A stretch of DNA of 41,303 nt from Crenothrix polyspora (GCA_945903675.1 CAMDOP010000001.1:1-41303), one strand, 5' to 3'; numbered from the stretch's first letter, positions 1 to 11,159 are shown. Program-made: numbers and translations. Notes: generated from the sequence alone by a model not told the origin.

Positions 1-2
1 AT

Positions 3-161
3 GATGACGTTTTTGAAGGCGGTGAATTTATTTCTTTAACTGAAAGCTTAGAGGAAGTTGATGTTAAAAGAGACACCCGCAGAAAAATTGAAATCTATTG
101 GGAAAAAAAGCGTTTAAAAGAACAGTTCGATGATTTTGATGAATCAGAATTTGGCTTTTAA
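3..161 (+). CDS. 3' part of a small acidic protein, PA3496-like family (5' end outside window)
   Basis: Open frame from the window edge: DDVFEGGEFISLTESLEEVDVKRDTRRKIEIYWEKKRLKEQFDDFDESEFGF*. The RRKIE..E.KRL.E..DFD pattern recalls PA3496-like proteins. Stop shares TTAA (158-161) with the cinA stop. Confidence 0.6.
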   Translation, partial: DDVFEGGEFISLTESLEEVDVKRDTRRKIEIYWEKKRLKEQFDDFDESEFGF

Positions 162-646
162 ACGTTAACCAAGTCTACTAAACCTTTAAGAGCCAGAACC
201 ACCGTTTGGCGTCTGATTGCCTGCCTATCACCGCCAAGGTTTTCTTGTATCACTTTATAGCCAACAGCTTTAGTTGCCCAAGCGATAAACACAGTTCCTA
301 CTGGCTTTTCTTCTGAACCTCCGCTAGGCCCTGCAATACCCGTTACCGCTATCGCAACATCGGCATCACTATGGCATAAAGCCCCTAGAGCCATCTCTAT
401 TACTGTTTCTGCACTCACTGCCCCGTAGCGCTCTAGCGTTTCTGGTTTTACAGCCAACATTTGTATTTTTGCGGCATTACTGTAAGTCACAAAACCTCGA
501 TCAAACCAGAGCGAACTTCCAGGCACATCGGTTAGCCCTTGAGCTATACAGCCTCCGGTACATGACTCAGCGGTTACCAGCTTCTTTTGTTGGCTTTGAA
601 GTGCTTGCCCCACAAACTGAGCAAGTGTAAATAATTCATGATCCAT
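158..646 (-). CDS. pncC: CinA C-terminal domain protein / nicotinamide-nucleotide amidohydrolase (PncC)
   Basis: TAESCTGG, GFVTYSN, GAVS and TGIAGP.GG...KPVGTV motifs; lies next to mutS. Confidence 0.9.
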   Translation of the reverse strand: MDHELFTLAQFVGQALQSQQKKLVTAESCTGGCIAQGLTDVPGSSLWFDRGFVTYSNAAKIQMLAVKPETLERYGAVSAETVIEMALGALCHSDADVAIAVTGIAGPSGGSEEKPVGTVFIAWATKAVGYKVIQENLGGDRQAIRRQTVVLALKGLVDLVNV

Positions 647-682
647 GATGTGACCTCAGCTAACTTCGGCTAAAATAGCCTA

Positions 683-3262
683 ATGACAATAAAACAAGCA
701 TCCCATACCCCAAACACGCCTATGATGCAGCAATATTTGCGCATCAAAGCCGATCATCCCGATACTTTATTATTTTATCGTATGGGCGATTTTTATGAGC
801 TATTCTTTGATGATGCGAAAAATGCCTCGCAACTCTTAGACATTACCTTAACGAGTCGCGGTCAATCAGCGGGTTTACCCATCCCTATGGCCGGCATACC
901 CTATCACTCCGCCGAAGGTTATTTAGCTAAATTATTAAAAAAAGGCGTCTCGGTTGCTATTTGTGAACAAATTGGCAACCCTGCTATAACTAAAGGCCCT
1001 GTCGAACGTAAAGTCGTGCGTATTGTGACACCGGGCACGGTGACCGATGAAGCCTTATTGGATGATCGCAAAGATAATTTACTGATTGCAATCTATGCAC
1101 TCGCTAATGCCAGCCAACACTATGGCATTGCTAGTTTAGATTTAACCAGTGGCCGCTTTATTTTGCAGCAAGTGGACACTGAAGATCAAATGCTCAGTGA
1201 ACTAGGCCGCTTAAATCCAGCAGAACTACTCTTTAGTGAAGACTGGCGATTACCAGCCATCTTACTGCAGCGTAGCGGTTTATGCCGACGATTACCATGG
1301 CATTTTGATTTAGAAAGCGCTAAACAACGCATATTGCAACAATTCAACACCTTAGATTTAAAGGGTTTTGGTTGTGAACACTTACCCGCCGCCATTGCCG
1401 CCGCTGGTGCTTTATTGCTTTATGTTAAAGAAACTCAGCAAACTGCCCTGCCCCATATACAAGGCATTTGTACTGAAAACAGTGATGACAGTATTTTATT
1501 GGATGCCTCCAGTCGCCGTAATCTTGAATTGGATTATCATCCTTCAGGACAACTTCAATATACTTTGTTTGGCGTTTTAGATAAAACATCCTCGACTATG
1601 GGCAGTCGCTGCCTAAGACGATGGATTAATCAACCTTTACGTGACAGCCAACGCCTTAATGATCGTTATGCTTGTATAGAAAGTTTACTCACTAATCGGC
1701 TTTATCAAGACCTACAAAGCCAACTACGACAAGTGGGTGATATTGAACGTATCAGTTCCCGTATCGCTTTAAAATCTGCTCGTCCTCGTGATTTGTTAGT
1801 GTTACGTTCAACTCTTGCTGTACTTCCCGAGTTACAACAAAGTTTGGCAACTTGCGAAAATTTACAACTCACTGAAATTGCGAATAAAATAGGTGAGCAT
1901 CCAGAAATGCTATTGTTACTACAAAAAGCCCTAGTAGACAATCCACCAGTGCTAATTCGCGATGGCGGCGTTATTGCCCTAGGCTATCATCAGGATTTAG
2001 ATGAGCTACGAAATTTAAGCCAAAACGCCGATCAATTTCTAATTGATATGGAAATTAGGGAAAAAGCGGCTACCGGCATTAGTACACTTAAGGTTAATTA
2101 TAATCGGGTACATGGCTATTATATTGAGATATCGCACCTACACGCCGATAAAATACCGTTACATTACACGCGAAAACAAACCTTAAAAGGGGCAGAGCGT
2201 TATATTACTGAAGAATTAAAAAGCTTTGAAGACAAAGTACTTAGCGCAAAAGACAAAGCCTTATCTTTTGAGAAATTTCTTTACGAGGAGTTACTTAATA
2301 ATATCGCCACTGCGTTGATACCATTACAACAGTGTGCAGCAGCACTCGCAGAACTTGATGTACTCAACACTTTTGCTGAACGTGCCGAAACTCTAAACTT
2401 AACACCTCCTATCTTGACCCCTATTTCTGGTATTCATATAGAAGCTGGACGGCATTTAGTGATTGAACAGGTTTCTGATATTCCTTTTGTAGCTAATGAC
2501 TTAAGCTTTTCGCCTCAGCGCAAAATGTTAGTCGTAACGGGCCCCAATATGGGCGGAAAATCAACCTATATGCGCCAAGCGGCATTGATTGTGCTTATCG
2601 CCCACATCGGTTGTTATGTTCCTGCTAAACAATTCACCTGCGGCCCTATTGATAAAATATTTACTCGCATAGGCGCTTCTGATGATTTATCCAGTGGACG
2701 CTCTACTTTTATGGTGGAAATGTCAGAAACGGCTAATATTCTGCATAATGCGACTGAAAATAGTTTAATTCTAATGGATGAAATAGGCCGAGGCACAAGT
2801 ACCTTTGATGGTTTGTCTTTAGCTTGGGCCTGTGCCGATCATCTAGCCAAACAAACCAAAGCCTTTACACTCTTTGCTACGCATTATTTTGAACTGACTA
2901 CCTTAGCTGATGAACAAGACATCATCTACAACGTACATTTGGATGCGATGGAGCATGGTGACAAAATTATCTTTTTACACGCTGTTAAAGACGGTCCTGC
3001 TAATCAAAGCTATGGTCTGCAAGTTGCAGCATTAGCTGGCGTACCTCGCTCGGTCATAGAAAAAGCCAAAACTAAATTACGTCATTTAGAAGACCATGCC
3101 TACAAAGAACACCAAAGCGCAACCGACGTTAAGCAACTGGACTTATTTTCATCATCAGATGAACACCCTGCCGTTACTTTACTAGAAGACATACTGCCAG
3201 ATGAACTAAGCCCTAAACAAGCCTTAGAATTTCTCTATAAGCTTAAGGCTTTAGCTTCGTAG
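683..3262 (+). CDS. mutS: DNA mismatch repair protein MutS
   Basis: [18 protein letters not shown], Walker [21 protein letters not shown]-terminal QLDLF clamp-binding motif. Confidence 0.98.
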   Translation: MTIKQASHTPNTPMMQQYLRIKADHPDTLLFYRMGDFYELFFDDAKNASQLLDITLTSRGQSAGLPIPMAGIPYHSAEGYLAKLLKKGVSVAICEQIGNPAITKGPVERKVVRIVTPGTVTDEALLDDRKDNLLIAIYALANASQHYGIASLDLTSGRFILQQVDTEDQMLSELGRLNPAELLFSEDWRLPAILLQRSGLCRRLPWHFDLESAKQRILQQFNTLDLKGFGCEHLPAAIAAAGALLLYVKETQQTALPHIQGICTENSDDSILLDASSRRNLELDYHPSGQLQYTLFGVLDKTSSTMGSRCLRRWINQPLRDSQRLNDRYACIESLLTNRLYQDLQSQLRQVGDIERISSRIALKSARPRDLLVLRSTLAVLPELQQSLATCENLQLTEIANKIGEHPEMLLLLQKALVDNPPVLIRDGGVIALGYHQDLDELRNLSQNADQFLIDMEIREKAATGISTLKVNYNRVHGYYIEISHLHADKIPLHYTRKQTLKGAERYITEELKSFEDKVLSAKDKALSFEKFLYEELLNNIATALIPLQQCAAALAELDVLNTFAERAETLNLTPPILTPISGIHIEAGRHLVIEQVSDIPFVANDLSFSPQRKMLVVTGPNMGGKSTYMRQAALIVLIAHIGCYVPAKQFTCGPIDKIFTRIGASDDLSSGRSTFMVEMSETANILHNATENSLILMDEIGRGTSTFDGLSLAWACADHLAKQTKAFTLFATHYFELTTLADEQDIIYNVHLDAMEHGDKIIFLHAVKDGPANQSYGLQVAALAGVPRSVIEKAKTKLRHLEDHAYKEHQSATDVKQLDLFSSSDEHPAVTLLEDILPDELSPKQALEFLYKLKALAS

Positions 3263-3398
3263 GTCGGGCACATGTTTTTGGTGCCCGACAATGAGGACTC
3301 GAATGTCGATTGTCGGGCGACGATAAAGCCGTCACCCGACCTACGAGGCTACTGACTGGTCATTCTGCCGGATGGTGCTTTTCGTGCCCGACAATGAA
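3257..3398. repeat. GTAG-type REP-like inverted doublet plus a partial third unit
   Basis: tcGTAGGTCGGGCAC..GTGCCCGAC at 3257, inverse GTCGGGCGACG..CGTCACCCGACCTACga ending 3346, and a further GTGCCCGACAATGA near 3384-3397. Confidence 0.7.
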
Positions 3399-3408
3399 AT
3401 ATTTTGAG

Positions 3409-3475
3409 CTAGGCTTAACCTTTCGCCCTGTGCCCTTAGCCTGCGCTCAAACTGTCCCGCATTAAATTGGTAACC
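3409..3475 (-). mobile_element. Truncated copy of the window's MITE family
   Basis: taggcttaacctttcgccctg...ctgtcccgcattaaattggtaacc matches the right end of the copies at 35085-35291 and 40109-40312. Confidence 0.75.
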
Positions 3476-3508
3476 GTTACGTCTTAAGAATGTAGTCTAT
3501 CTATCTAT

Positions 3509-4636
3509 TTATTTAACTAGACTTAACAACACACCTGCAGCTACCGCAGAACCGATGACGCCAGCAACATTAGGCCCCATAGCATGCATTAATAAGAAGT
3601 TATGTGGATTGCTTTCTAAACCAACTTTGTTGGCGACTCTAGCCGCCATAGGCACAGCAGATACGCCCGCAGCCCCAATTAAAGGATTAATAGGCGTATC
3701 ACTAAATTTATTCATGATTTTCGCCATAATGACACCAGAAGCCGTGCCTATGGCAAAAGCCACAGCACCTAGCGCCAAGATACCCAAGGTTTCTATTTGC
3801 AAAAATGCTTCTGCACTTAGCTTAGACCCTACTGCCAAGCCTAAAAATATAGTCACTATATTGATCAATTCGTTTTGAGCCGTTTGACTTAAACGCTCGA
3901 CTACACCACTGGCATTCATTAAATTACCCAAGGCAAACATACCGATCAAAGGCGTAGCAGAAGGTAATAGCAAAATGGACAGTATCAGCAACATCAAAGG
4001 AAAGACAATTTTTTCGGTTTTGCTGACCGCGCGCATTTGCTTCATTTCAATTTTGCGTTCATCTTCTGTAGTTAAGGCGCGCATAATTGGGGGCTGTATT
4101 AACGGCACTAAGGCCATGTAGGAATAAGCTGCGACGGCAATAGCACCTAATAAATCGGGTGCCAATTTTGAAGCTACATAAATAGCGGTAGGTCCATCAG
4201 CGCCACCGATAATACCAATAGCAGCAGCATCTTTTAAGCTAAACTCCAAACCAGGCACGACATTAAGCGCAAGTGCACCTAACAAAGAAGCAAAAATACC
4301 AAATTGCGCAGCCGCTCCTAATAACAACGTTTTAGGGTTGGCTAGCATCGGACCAAAATCGGTCATGGCTCCCACACCCATAAAAATCAATAATGGGAAT
4401 ATACCTGCTTTAATACCGAAATAAAGGTAATACAACAAGCCACCTTCTTCAGCAATACCTGCTATAGGTATATTACTGAGTATGGCACCAAAACCTATAG
4501 GTAGTAATAATAATGGCTCAAAGCCTTTTTTAATTGCCAGATACAGCAATAAAAAGCCGACCAACATCATAAAAGCCTGACCACCCGTAAAATTATACAG
4601 GCCAGTGCTTTGCCAGAGTGCTGTCAAATTTTCCAT
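3509..4636 (-). CDS. oadB: Na+-translocating oxaloacetate decarboxylase beta subunit
   Basis: [48 protein letters not shown]. Confidence 0.95.
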   Translation of the reverse strand: MENLTALWQSTGLYNFTGGQAFMMLVGFLLLYLAIKKGFEPLLLLPIGFGAILSNIPIAGIAEEGGLLYYLYFGIKAGIFPLLIFMGVGAMTDFGPMLANPKTLLLGAAAQFGIFASLLGALALNVVPGLEFSLKDAAAIGIIGGADGPTAIYVASKLAPDLLGAIAVAAYSYMALVPLIQPPIMRALTTEDERKIEMKQMRAVSKTEKIVFPLMLLILSILLLPSATPLIGMFALGNLMNASGVVERLSQTAQNELINIVTIFLGLAVGSKLSAEAFLQIETLGILALGAVAFAIGTASGVIMAKIMNKFSDTPINPLIGAAGVSAVPMAARVANKVGLESNPHNFLLMHAMGPNVAGVIGSAVAAGVLLSLVK

Positions 4637-4659
4637 AATATGTCTCTAGTACAATAACG

Positions 4660-6447
4660 CTATAAAGAAATCAAGGCGTTACCACCAGCAACAGCGCCAC
4701 CTTCCTTGATATGAACAGCACTGACTGTACCGCTAAATTTAGATCTAACCTCTGTTTCCATTTTCATAGCTTCCATAATAACAACCACTTCACCTTCTGC
4801 TACCGGACTACCCACTTCAACTAATATTTTAAGGATATTACCCGCCATAGGTGCATAGACTATTGCGCCAGAATCTATGATCGGCTCTAAAAGGTTATTG
4901 TCAGTAACTGTTGATTTAATAGCCAGTGGAGTACCAGGCGGACCAACGGTTACGTTAAAGTTTCTGCCATCAACATTAACAATATAGCTCTCAGTTACAG
5001 CCTTACTGGTTAAGGGCTTAATAGGCGTCTCTGCCGCAAACGCTACAGCATCTGGAGCAGGCTCAAAAGCAGAAGCATTGCCTCGATTAACTAAGAACTT
5101 CCAACCTACTTGCGCAAACATGCCATTAATTAAGGCATCTTCTTCAATAAATTTAGATAAGGTTACATTTTCAGCCAAAGCCTTTTCCTGAACTTCGGCA
5201 ATCAACTTATCCATTTCTGGCTCGATTAAATCAGCTGGCCTACAGGTTATTGCTTTCGCGCCGCCTAGAACTCTATCTTGCAATTGTTTATTAACGGGCG
5301 CTGGAGTTGCTCCGTATTCACCTTTTAAAACGCCTGCAGTTTCTTTAGTGATGGTTTTATAGCGCTCTCCGTTCATGACATTCATGACGGCTTGGGTACC
5401 TACGATTTGCGAAGTTGGCGTCACAAGAGGGATGAAACCTAGATCTTCACGCACACGTGGTATTTCATGCATCACCTCATCAAACTTATCGGCAGCACCC
5501 TGTTCTTTTAATTGGCTTTCCATGTTGGTCAACATACCACCAGGCACTTGAGACACTAAGATACGCCCATCAACGCCTTTTAAGCTGCCTTCAAATTGTG
5601 CGTATTTTTTACGAATATCTCTAAAGTAATGGGCAATTTCTTCAAGCTTTACTAAATCCAAACCAGTTGCTCGTCCAGTCCCTTCAAGGCTGGCAACAAT
5701 AGTCTCAGTAGCACTGTGACCATAGGTCATACTCATGGAAGAAATAGCCGTATCAACATTATCGATACCCGCTTCGGCAGCTTTAATAAGTGTGGCGACA
5801 CTTAAACCAGTTGTGGCATGACAATGTAAATGAATGGGAATTTTTGTGCTTTTCTTTAGGCGACTTACTAACTCATAAGCATCATAAGGTTTTAAAAGAC
5901 CGGCCATATCTTTAATACAAATAGAATGCGCGCCCATGTCTTCAATCTGCTTGCCTAGATCCACCCAAACATTCAGCGTATGAACAGGACTGGTGGTATA
6001 AGAAATAGTACCTTGAGCATGCGCGCCAGTATTTAATACCGCTTTTACAGCATGTTCAATATTACGCATATCATTCATCGCATCAAAAATGCGAAATACA
6101 TCTATACCATTAATAGCACAACGCTCAACAAACTTATCAACGACATCATCAGCATAATGCCGATAACCTAAAATATTTTGCCCTCTTAACAACATTTGTT
6201 GAGGCGTATTAGGCATAGCTGCTTTTAATAAACGTAATCTTTCCCAAGGATCTTCGCCTAAATAGCGGATACAGGCATCAAATGTAGCTCCACCCCAAGA
6301 CTCGATAGACCAATAACCTATCTGATCTATTTTTTCACAGATGGGCAGCATATCTTCTATGCGTAAACGAGTGGCTAAGATGGATTGATGTGCATCACGC
6401 AACACAACTTCAGTGATGCTTAAGGGCTTTTTTTTATCTTGGGCCAT
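4660..6447 (-). CDS. oadA: Oxaloacetate decarboxylase alpha subunit with biotinyl domain
   Basis: [23 protein letters not shown] metal site, EAMKME biotin attachment motif. Confidence 0.95.
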   Translation of the reverse strand: MAQDKKKPLSITEVVLRDAHQSILATRLRIEDMLPICEKIDQIGYWSIESWGGATFDACIRYLGEDPWERLRLLKAAMPNTPQQMLLRGQNILGYRHYADDVVDKFVERCAINGIDVFRIFDAMNDMRNIEHAVKAVLNTGAHAQGTISYTTSPVHTLNVWVDLGKQIEDMGAHSICIKDMAGLLKPYDAYELVSRLKKSTKIPIHLHCHATTGLSVATLIKAAEAGIDNVDTAISSMSMTYGHSATETIVASLEGTGRATGLDLVKLEEIAHYFRDIRKKYAQFEGSLKGVDGRILVSQVPGGMLTNMESQLKEQGAADKFDEVMHEIPRVREDLGFIPLVTPTSQIVGTQAVMNVMNGERYKTITKETAGVLKGEYGATPAPVNKQLQDRVLGGAKAITCRPADLIEPEMDKLIAEVQEKALAENVTLSKFIEEDALINGMFAQVGWKFLVNRGNASAFEPAPDAVAFAAETPIKPLTSKAVTESYIVNVDGRNFNVTVGPPGTPLAIKSTVTDNNLLEPIIDSGAIVYAPMAGNILKILVEVGSPVAEGEVVVIMEAMKMETEVRSKFSGTVSAVHIKEGGAVAGGNALISL

Positions 6448-6686
6448 TCTAACTAGTTCTCCGATAACCTGTACAGGCGTTTAATCTATTGACCTTTTGA
6501 GTCGTTTACATGCATTTTATAATAAAAACTTGATTAACATCGCTTAAGATTAATTAAGGTAATTCATAATGATGTCAAAGTACTATTTAGAGACTATGTT
6601 TGCCTGTGACCTTCATTTAAAAATTATTTAAAATCAAGACCTAAAAGCATTAACATCAAAAAAAACGACATCAACAATCAGTGCTT

Positions 6687-6923
6687 TTATTTATGTTTAT
6701 TACGATGCTGATGCACCGCTGCGGTAATCGCAGCAATAATATTTTCATCAATCCCGCTAGATCTCGTCGCTGTGGTTCCTGCTAAACTGGGTGCATCTGG
6801 GAAGAATCTTTGTATTAACGCTGACATCATATTAATGGCAAGTACTAACATAGTCAAAAACAGGAATACGATACCCATTCCAGCTAACATTAGCTCAATT
6901 CCCTTACTCATTTGTTCTGTCAT
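6687..6923 (-). CDS. oadG: Oxaloacetate decarboxylase gamma subunit
   Basis: GMGIVFLFL transmembrane segment and AAITAAVHQHR tail; upstream of oadA. Confidence 0.9.
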   Translation of the reverse strand: MTEQMSKGIELMLAGMGIVFLFLTMLVLAINMMSALIQRFFPDAPSLAGTTATRSSGIDENIIAAITAAVHQHRNKHK

Positions 6924-7459
6924 AGTCCGCTACCTTGTCTTGAAACGATTGAATCTATTGAAAATCATCAATTCATGGGTACATTATCCATAAAACTACA
7001 CTGCTAAACAAACTAAAGATAGGTAAATCCCTAGGTTTTTAGATTCATAGCATTCGTATAGACTTTATTAAACTGCCTCATCTTTAATTTAGCCACTATT
7101 TTGCCCCATCGCCCTAGGCATTCGCGTGAACTAATGTGAACAGCCTAATATTTGAGTTTGCTACCTCAATAGCTCATCAAATTAGGTAGGTCTATATGGT
7201 GAGAATAGCTCGCTCCAGACCTCGAATGGCTGGCTTTATAATGTGAATGCCGGTATTTATGTCGTAAATAGCGCACTATAAGATAAGCAATAGACCCTAA
7301 TGAACTTTTTACCCAATTAAATTGACAATTATGGTGGCTAGCGTTTAGATGAGTTTATTCTGGATATTGACGACTTAAATGCATAACTTTGGCTCAAGTG
7401 GCCTTTGCTGATTTTATCGAAACAAGTCATTTACCTATTCAGAACACATAACTTAGCTT

Positions 7460-7497
7460 AAAAAAAAAGCCCTCCCATAATGTTGGTGGGAGGGCTT
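7460..7497 (-). terminator. Rho-independent terminator
   Basis: Minus strand reads AAGCCCTCCCA-ccaacatta-TGGGAGGGCTT, running into a 9-T tract. Confidence 0.8.
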
Positions 7498-7572
7498 ATA
7501 GAGGAGGAATGTCAGTATCAATAAGCATGAAGTCTAGATAACTCATAAAACAACAACGCTATAACACTTGTG
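7460..7572 (-). ncRNA. Candidate small regulatory RNA (~110 nt)
   Basis: Bounded by a TTGACA-17-TAATTT promoter and an intrinsic terminator, with CAUUCCUCCUCU just before the terminator stem; no convincing ORF. Confidence 0.5.
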
Positions 7573-7577
7573 TGACT

Positions 7578-7606
7578 AAATTACTCGCCATAAGTATCTT
7601 TGTCAA
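7578..7606 (-). promoter_or_regulatory. Sigma70-like promoter
   Basis: -35 TTGACA (7601-7606), 17-bp spacer, -10 TAATTT (7578-7583). Confidence 0.55.
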
Positions 7607-7675
7607 ACAATACATGAACAAAACATATACAATATTCATCTGGATTATATTTTCTAAAATAATGAGGAGAAAGCA

Positions 7676-8581
7676 ATGAACATATTAGTAACCGGTGGCA
7701 CTGGTTTTATTGGCCAAGCTTTAGTAAATAGCCTACTTAAAGATGAACATAAAGTGACTGTCTTAAGCCGGACTCCTGACGCAGTAACTAAAATATTCGG
7801 TCATGAAGTAATGTCATTATCGAATCTCGATCAATTAACTATAGATAAGAGCTTTGAAACTATCATTAATCTTGCTGGTGCGCCCATTTTTGATAACCAT
7901 TGGAGCGACGCGCGCAAGCAAATCATCAGAGACAGTCGCATTAAACTCACTGAGCAATTAATAGCTTATATAGAACGAGCCGCCGTTAAACCAGCTTTAT
8001 TAATCAGCGGCTCAGCCATTGGCTATTATGGCGATCAAGGCAATACTGAATTAAATGAATTATCTATACCGCACCATGATTTCTCACAACAGTTATGCGC
8101 TGACTGGGAAAATGCCGCGCTAAGAGCCGAACAATTTGGCGTCAGAGTATGCCTGATTAGAACTGGCTTGGTATTAGCCCATGATGGTGGCTTATTGCAA
8201 CGCATGCAACGTCCGTTTAAGTTAGGATTAGGAGGCACATTAGGCAATGGTCAGCAATGGATGTCATGGATACAGAGAGCTGATTGGATCCGTATCGCAA
8301 AACTCATGATCAGCAACTCATCTATGCAAGGCGCCTATAATGCAACAGCCCCTCATCCAGTGACCAATAGTGAGTTCACAAAAACCCTTGCGCAACATTT
8401 AAAGCGCCCAGCTTTATTACCTGTCCCCGCTTGGCTATTAAAAACGCTCTTGGGTGAGAGATCAGATTTGGTCTTAGCTAGTCAACGGGTATTGCCGGAA
8501 CGCTTATTAAATGAAAACTTCCAGTTTCATTATCCTGAGCTTTTATCTGCCTTAACTGAAATCAGCTCACATCATGCCTAA
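7676..8581 (+). CDS. TIGR01777-family NAD-dependent epimerase/oxidoreductase (YfcH-like)
   Basis: TGGTGFIG, INLAGAPI, SGSAIGYYG, GQQWMSWI, NATAPHPVTN. Confidence 0.9.
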   Translation: MNILVTGGTGFIGQALVNSLLKDEHKVTVLSRTPDAVTKIFGHEVMSLSNLDQLTIDKSFETIINLAGAPIFDNHWSDARKQIIRDSRIKLTEQLIAYIERAAVKPALLISGSAIGYYGDQGNTELNELSIPHHDFSQQLCADWENAALRAEQFGVRVCLIRTGLVLAHDGGLLQRMQRPFKLGLGGTLGNGQQWMSWIQRADWIRIAKLMISNSSMQGAYNATAPHPVTNSEFTKTLAQHLKRPALLPVPAWLLKTLLGERSDLVLASQRVLPERLLNENFQFHYPELLSALTEISSHHA

Positions 8582-8804
8582 CTACAACTATACGCAAATT
8601 AATCCAGAAAAATTATTACTGAGTAAATGGACTGCAGTTCATCCACAGCAGAAAGAAAAGCACTTTTTAGTCACCAAACTCATTAGAAATGACGAGCAAT
8701 ACATTGTTGCTTGTCTATTAGAGGCGGTTATTAACCATCGAGAATATGAATTTGATTGGCAACGGCTAAAAGACATGAGCATTTGGTTACCAGGTTGGCG
8801 TTAA
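8574..8804 (+). CDS. TIGR02450-family Trp-rich small protein
   Basis: KLLLSKWTAVHP..KEKHFLVT and W..GW tail. Confidence 0.85.
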   Translation: MPNYNYTQINPEKLLLSKWTAVHPQQKEKHFLVTKLIRNDEQYIVACLLEAVINHREYEFDWQRLKDMSIWLPGWR

Positions 8805-8959
8805 CGTTTTGCTCTATAAAGCTTATCAACGAGGTTTTTAAACCATAAAGGCCTCGTTATTAATATATACATGGCAATAGCCCCTACCACAGGAACCGGA
8901 GCGATATCTAAAACCATCAGTAGTAGCAAGACAAAAAAACATTTTATTCTAAGCATCAT
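8801..8959 (-). CDS. Small hydrophobic membrane protein (52 aa), below the ORF-track cutoff
   Basis: MMLRIKCFFVLLLLMVLDIAPVPVVGAIAMYILITRPLWFKNLVDKLYRAKR*; stop overlaps the convergent neighbour's stop at TTAA 8801-8804. Confidence 0.65.
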   Translation of the reverse strand: MMLRIKCFFVLLLLMVLDIAPVPVVGAIAMYILITRPLWFKNLVDKLYRAKR

Positions 8960-9043
8960 AGCGGGACACCGATCTATTTATAAAGTATAGCAAGGCATTA
9001 ATAATAAGAATCTATTAACGACCAAAGCACGTTTAGTAATAAT

Positions 9044-9232
9044 GGCTACCAACTTAAAGCGGGGCAGCTTCAGCACAGACGAAAGGCTCAGGGCGAAAGA
9101 TTAAGCCTAGCAGCTTAGGGCGTGAGAGATATTAGGCTTAACCCTTCGCATTTCCTCCTTTGTCTGCGCTTAGGAGAACCCTGTCTAAAAGTAAACGATT
9201 AAGCTAAATTATCCCGTCTTAAATTAGTAGCT
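9044..9232 (+). mobile_element. MITE copy A (189 bp)
   Basis: Imperfect terminal IRs ggctaccaacttaaagcgggg.../...cccgtcttaaattagtagct; 8-bp direct repeat GTAATAAT at 9036-9043 and 9233-9240. Confidence 0.85.
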
Positions 9233-9432
9233 GTAATAATCTAGCGACTCAACAAGGCCTATTCTTATTAAAAACAGCTTATATAGTGTCTGTATAGTAA
9301 TTTAATTGTATCTTGTCAGCTTTCTATTTTACAATTCAAAGCGGCATCTAAGTTAATTGGACGATAATTAACTAACAAAGAACAAAAATCGCCCTTAAAC
9401 TGATTACACATAAATAATATTTGGAGGATAGT

Positions 9433-10437
9433 ATGTTTAAAATTCGTGCACTGGTAACAGCGCTAGCCTTAATAGGCTCTATTTCCGTAGCAACAGCATG
9501 GGAAACTTTACCAACAACAGCACCCGCCCCCGCTGACAATCCAACAACAGAAGCAAAAGTTGAACTGGGAAAAATGCTCTACCATGACCCCCGCTTATCT
9601 TCTACTGGCACTGTTTCTTGTGCGTCTTGCCACAACACCATGTTAGGCGGTGAAGACAATCGTCCTAACTCTATGGGTGTTAACGGCCAAACCGGCGGTC
9701 GCAGCGCACCTACTGTATGGAACTCTGCCTTTAACGCTGTACAATTTTGGGATGGCAGAGCAGCGACCCTTGAAGCACAAGCAGCAGGCCCTGTTACCAA
9801 CCCAATTGAAATGGGCATGAAAAGCTGGGATGACGTAGTCGCCCGCTTAAAAACCATAGAGGGTTACGGTGAAGCTTTTGAACTAGCCTTTGGTAAGGAC
9901 TCCATCTCTAAAGACCATGCCACTAAAGCCATTGCTGCTTATGAAAGAACCTTAATTACGCCACACAGCCCTTATGATAAGTATGTGGCCGGTGATAAAT
10001 CTGCTTTAACTGAACAGCAAATACGTGGTATGAATAGCGTGCAAGAACTAGGCTGTACCAGCTGTCATAGTGGCCCTGCTTTTAATGGTCCAGGCATGTT
10101 CCAGCAGTTTCCAGTCCATAGCAACCCTTATTTTGCCGCCAAATATCATTTCAAAAATGATAAAGGCTTAGCTGAAGTAACTAAAAAAGTCGATGATGAG
10201 CATTTATGGAAAGTACCTACTTTACGCAATATTGCTTTAACAGCCCCTTATTTTCATAACGGCGCCGTTAAAACTTTAGATGAAGCAGTGTTGGTTATGG
10301 CAAAACTGCAACTAGATAAAGACTTAACTAAAGAGCAAGTTGCCGATATCGTGGCTTTCTTAAACAGCTTAACCGGTGAGTTCCCTAAACAAAAAATGCC
10401 GACCTTACCTGCTACACCCGGCACTACTTTCAATTAA
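9433..10437 (+). CDS. ccpA: Di-heme cytochrome c peroxidase (CcpA/MauG family)
   Basis: Signal peptide, CASCH and CTSCH heme motifs, QFWDGRA, NPIEM, KVPTLRNIALTAPYFHNG. Start moved to ATG 9433 behind GGAGG. Confidence 0.9.
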   Translation: MFKIRALVTALALIGSISVATAWETLPTTAPAPADNPTTEAKVELGKMLYHDPRLSSTGTVSCASCHNTMLGGEDNRPNSMGVNGQTGGRSAPTVWNSAFNAVQFWDGRAATLEAQAAGPVTNPIEMGMKSWDDVVARLKTIEGYGEAFELAFGKDSISKDHATKAIAAYERTLITPHSPYDKYVAGDKSALTEQQIRGMNSVQELGCTSCHSGPAFNGPGMFQQFPVHSNPYFAAKYHFKNDKGLAEVTKKVDDEHLWKVPTLRNIALTAPYFHNGAVKTLDEAVLVMAKLQLDKDLTKEQVADIVAFLNSLTGEFPKQKMPTLPATPGTTFN

Positions 10438-10472
10438 GGCGTTCACAATATGTTTGGGCATAAAAGATGACA

Positions 10473-10507
10473 GTGGGAGCGAAAGAATCGCTTAAAGCTG
10501 CTCCCAC
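10473..10507. repeat. REP-like palindrome GTGGGAGC...GCTCCCAC
   Basis: 8-bp inverted arms just downstream of ccp, with the GTGG-start architecture of gammaproteobacterial REPs. Confidence 0.5.
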
Positions 10508-10754
10508 AAAAGAACAGTGTTGCTAAGCCCTAAAACATAAACATCTTCACTAGTCACAACTCGACAGGGATTGCCGAGACTCAGAAGCCAAGGATGGCAA
10601 TATCAGGCCTATTCCTATACTTTATAGTTTTTACTGCTTTTTACTTCTCAGTTTAAAACATACTAACGCCTAACAAGCGTCGTGCTCTAACTATATATAG
10701 TTTCTTGTATATCCCTACAAACCACTCGTATAAGCTCTGCATATCGAACACGAG

Positions 10755-10929
10755 TGTCAGCTTTTTTTACACCTTATCCCAGTCTGTTATATGCTAGCTT
10801 TTAGTAACAATAATCCAACTAAAGCATACAGACTTCAGTGGCTCTAGCCCATCATCACTGATTAAAACGCCTACCGTTATATTCACGATTTAATAGACCC
10901 TAACATCAAAAGTGTCTGTTTTTTTTACA
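10755..10929 (+). promoter_or_regulatory. Two TGT-N11-ACA boxes, putative sigma54 enhancer-binding-protein sites
   Basis: TGTCAGCTTTTTTTACA (10755-10771) and TGTCTGTTTTTTTTACA (10913-10929), upstream of a -24/-12 promoter. Confidence 0.6.
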
Positions 10930-11013
10930 ATTCCGACAATTAATAACCCACGTCTAATTCCTTTCATATAAAGATCACTCCAAGCACCTGTAAATATTGA
11001 TATTTATAGAACA

Positions 11014-11029
11014 TGGCATAGATTCTGCT
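11014..11029 (+). promoter_or_regulatory. Sigma54 (RpoN) -24/-12 promoter
   Basis: TGGCATAGATTCTGCT with the correct GG-N10-GC spacing, upstream of a PEP-CTERM gene. Confidence 0.75.
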
Positions 11030-11159
11030 TTATACACTATGTACAGTATTTGTACCCCAGCGGCTTTTTTAGGGCGCTGGTAACTTTAAACAAATCTACC
11101 TACTAACCCTACGACAGATGTTATGTCTGTTAACGAGTTGATTACTTTTGGAGTTTTCT

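Noticed and set aside
6448-6686. 239-bp gap between oadG and oadA hiding a gene or RNA
   Set aside because: AT-rich, with no convincing ORF or stable structure seen; possibly just an internal promoter region.
7509-7541. 10-aa plus-strand micro-ORF after GAGGAGG
   Set aside because: The SD abuts the ATG with essentially no spacing; the motif is better explained as the anti-SD of a minus-strand RNA.
10553-10598. Degenerate GGATTGCCG-type palindromic repeat
   Set aside because: Single, decayed copy in the window; cannot be supported from this sequence alone.
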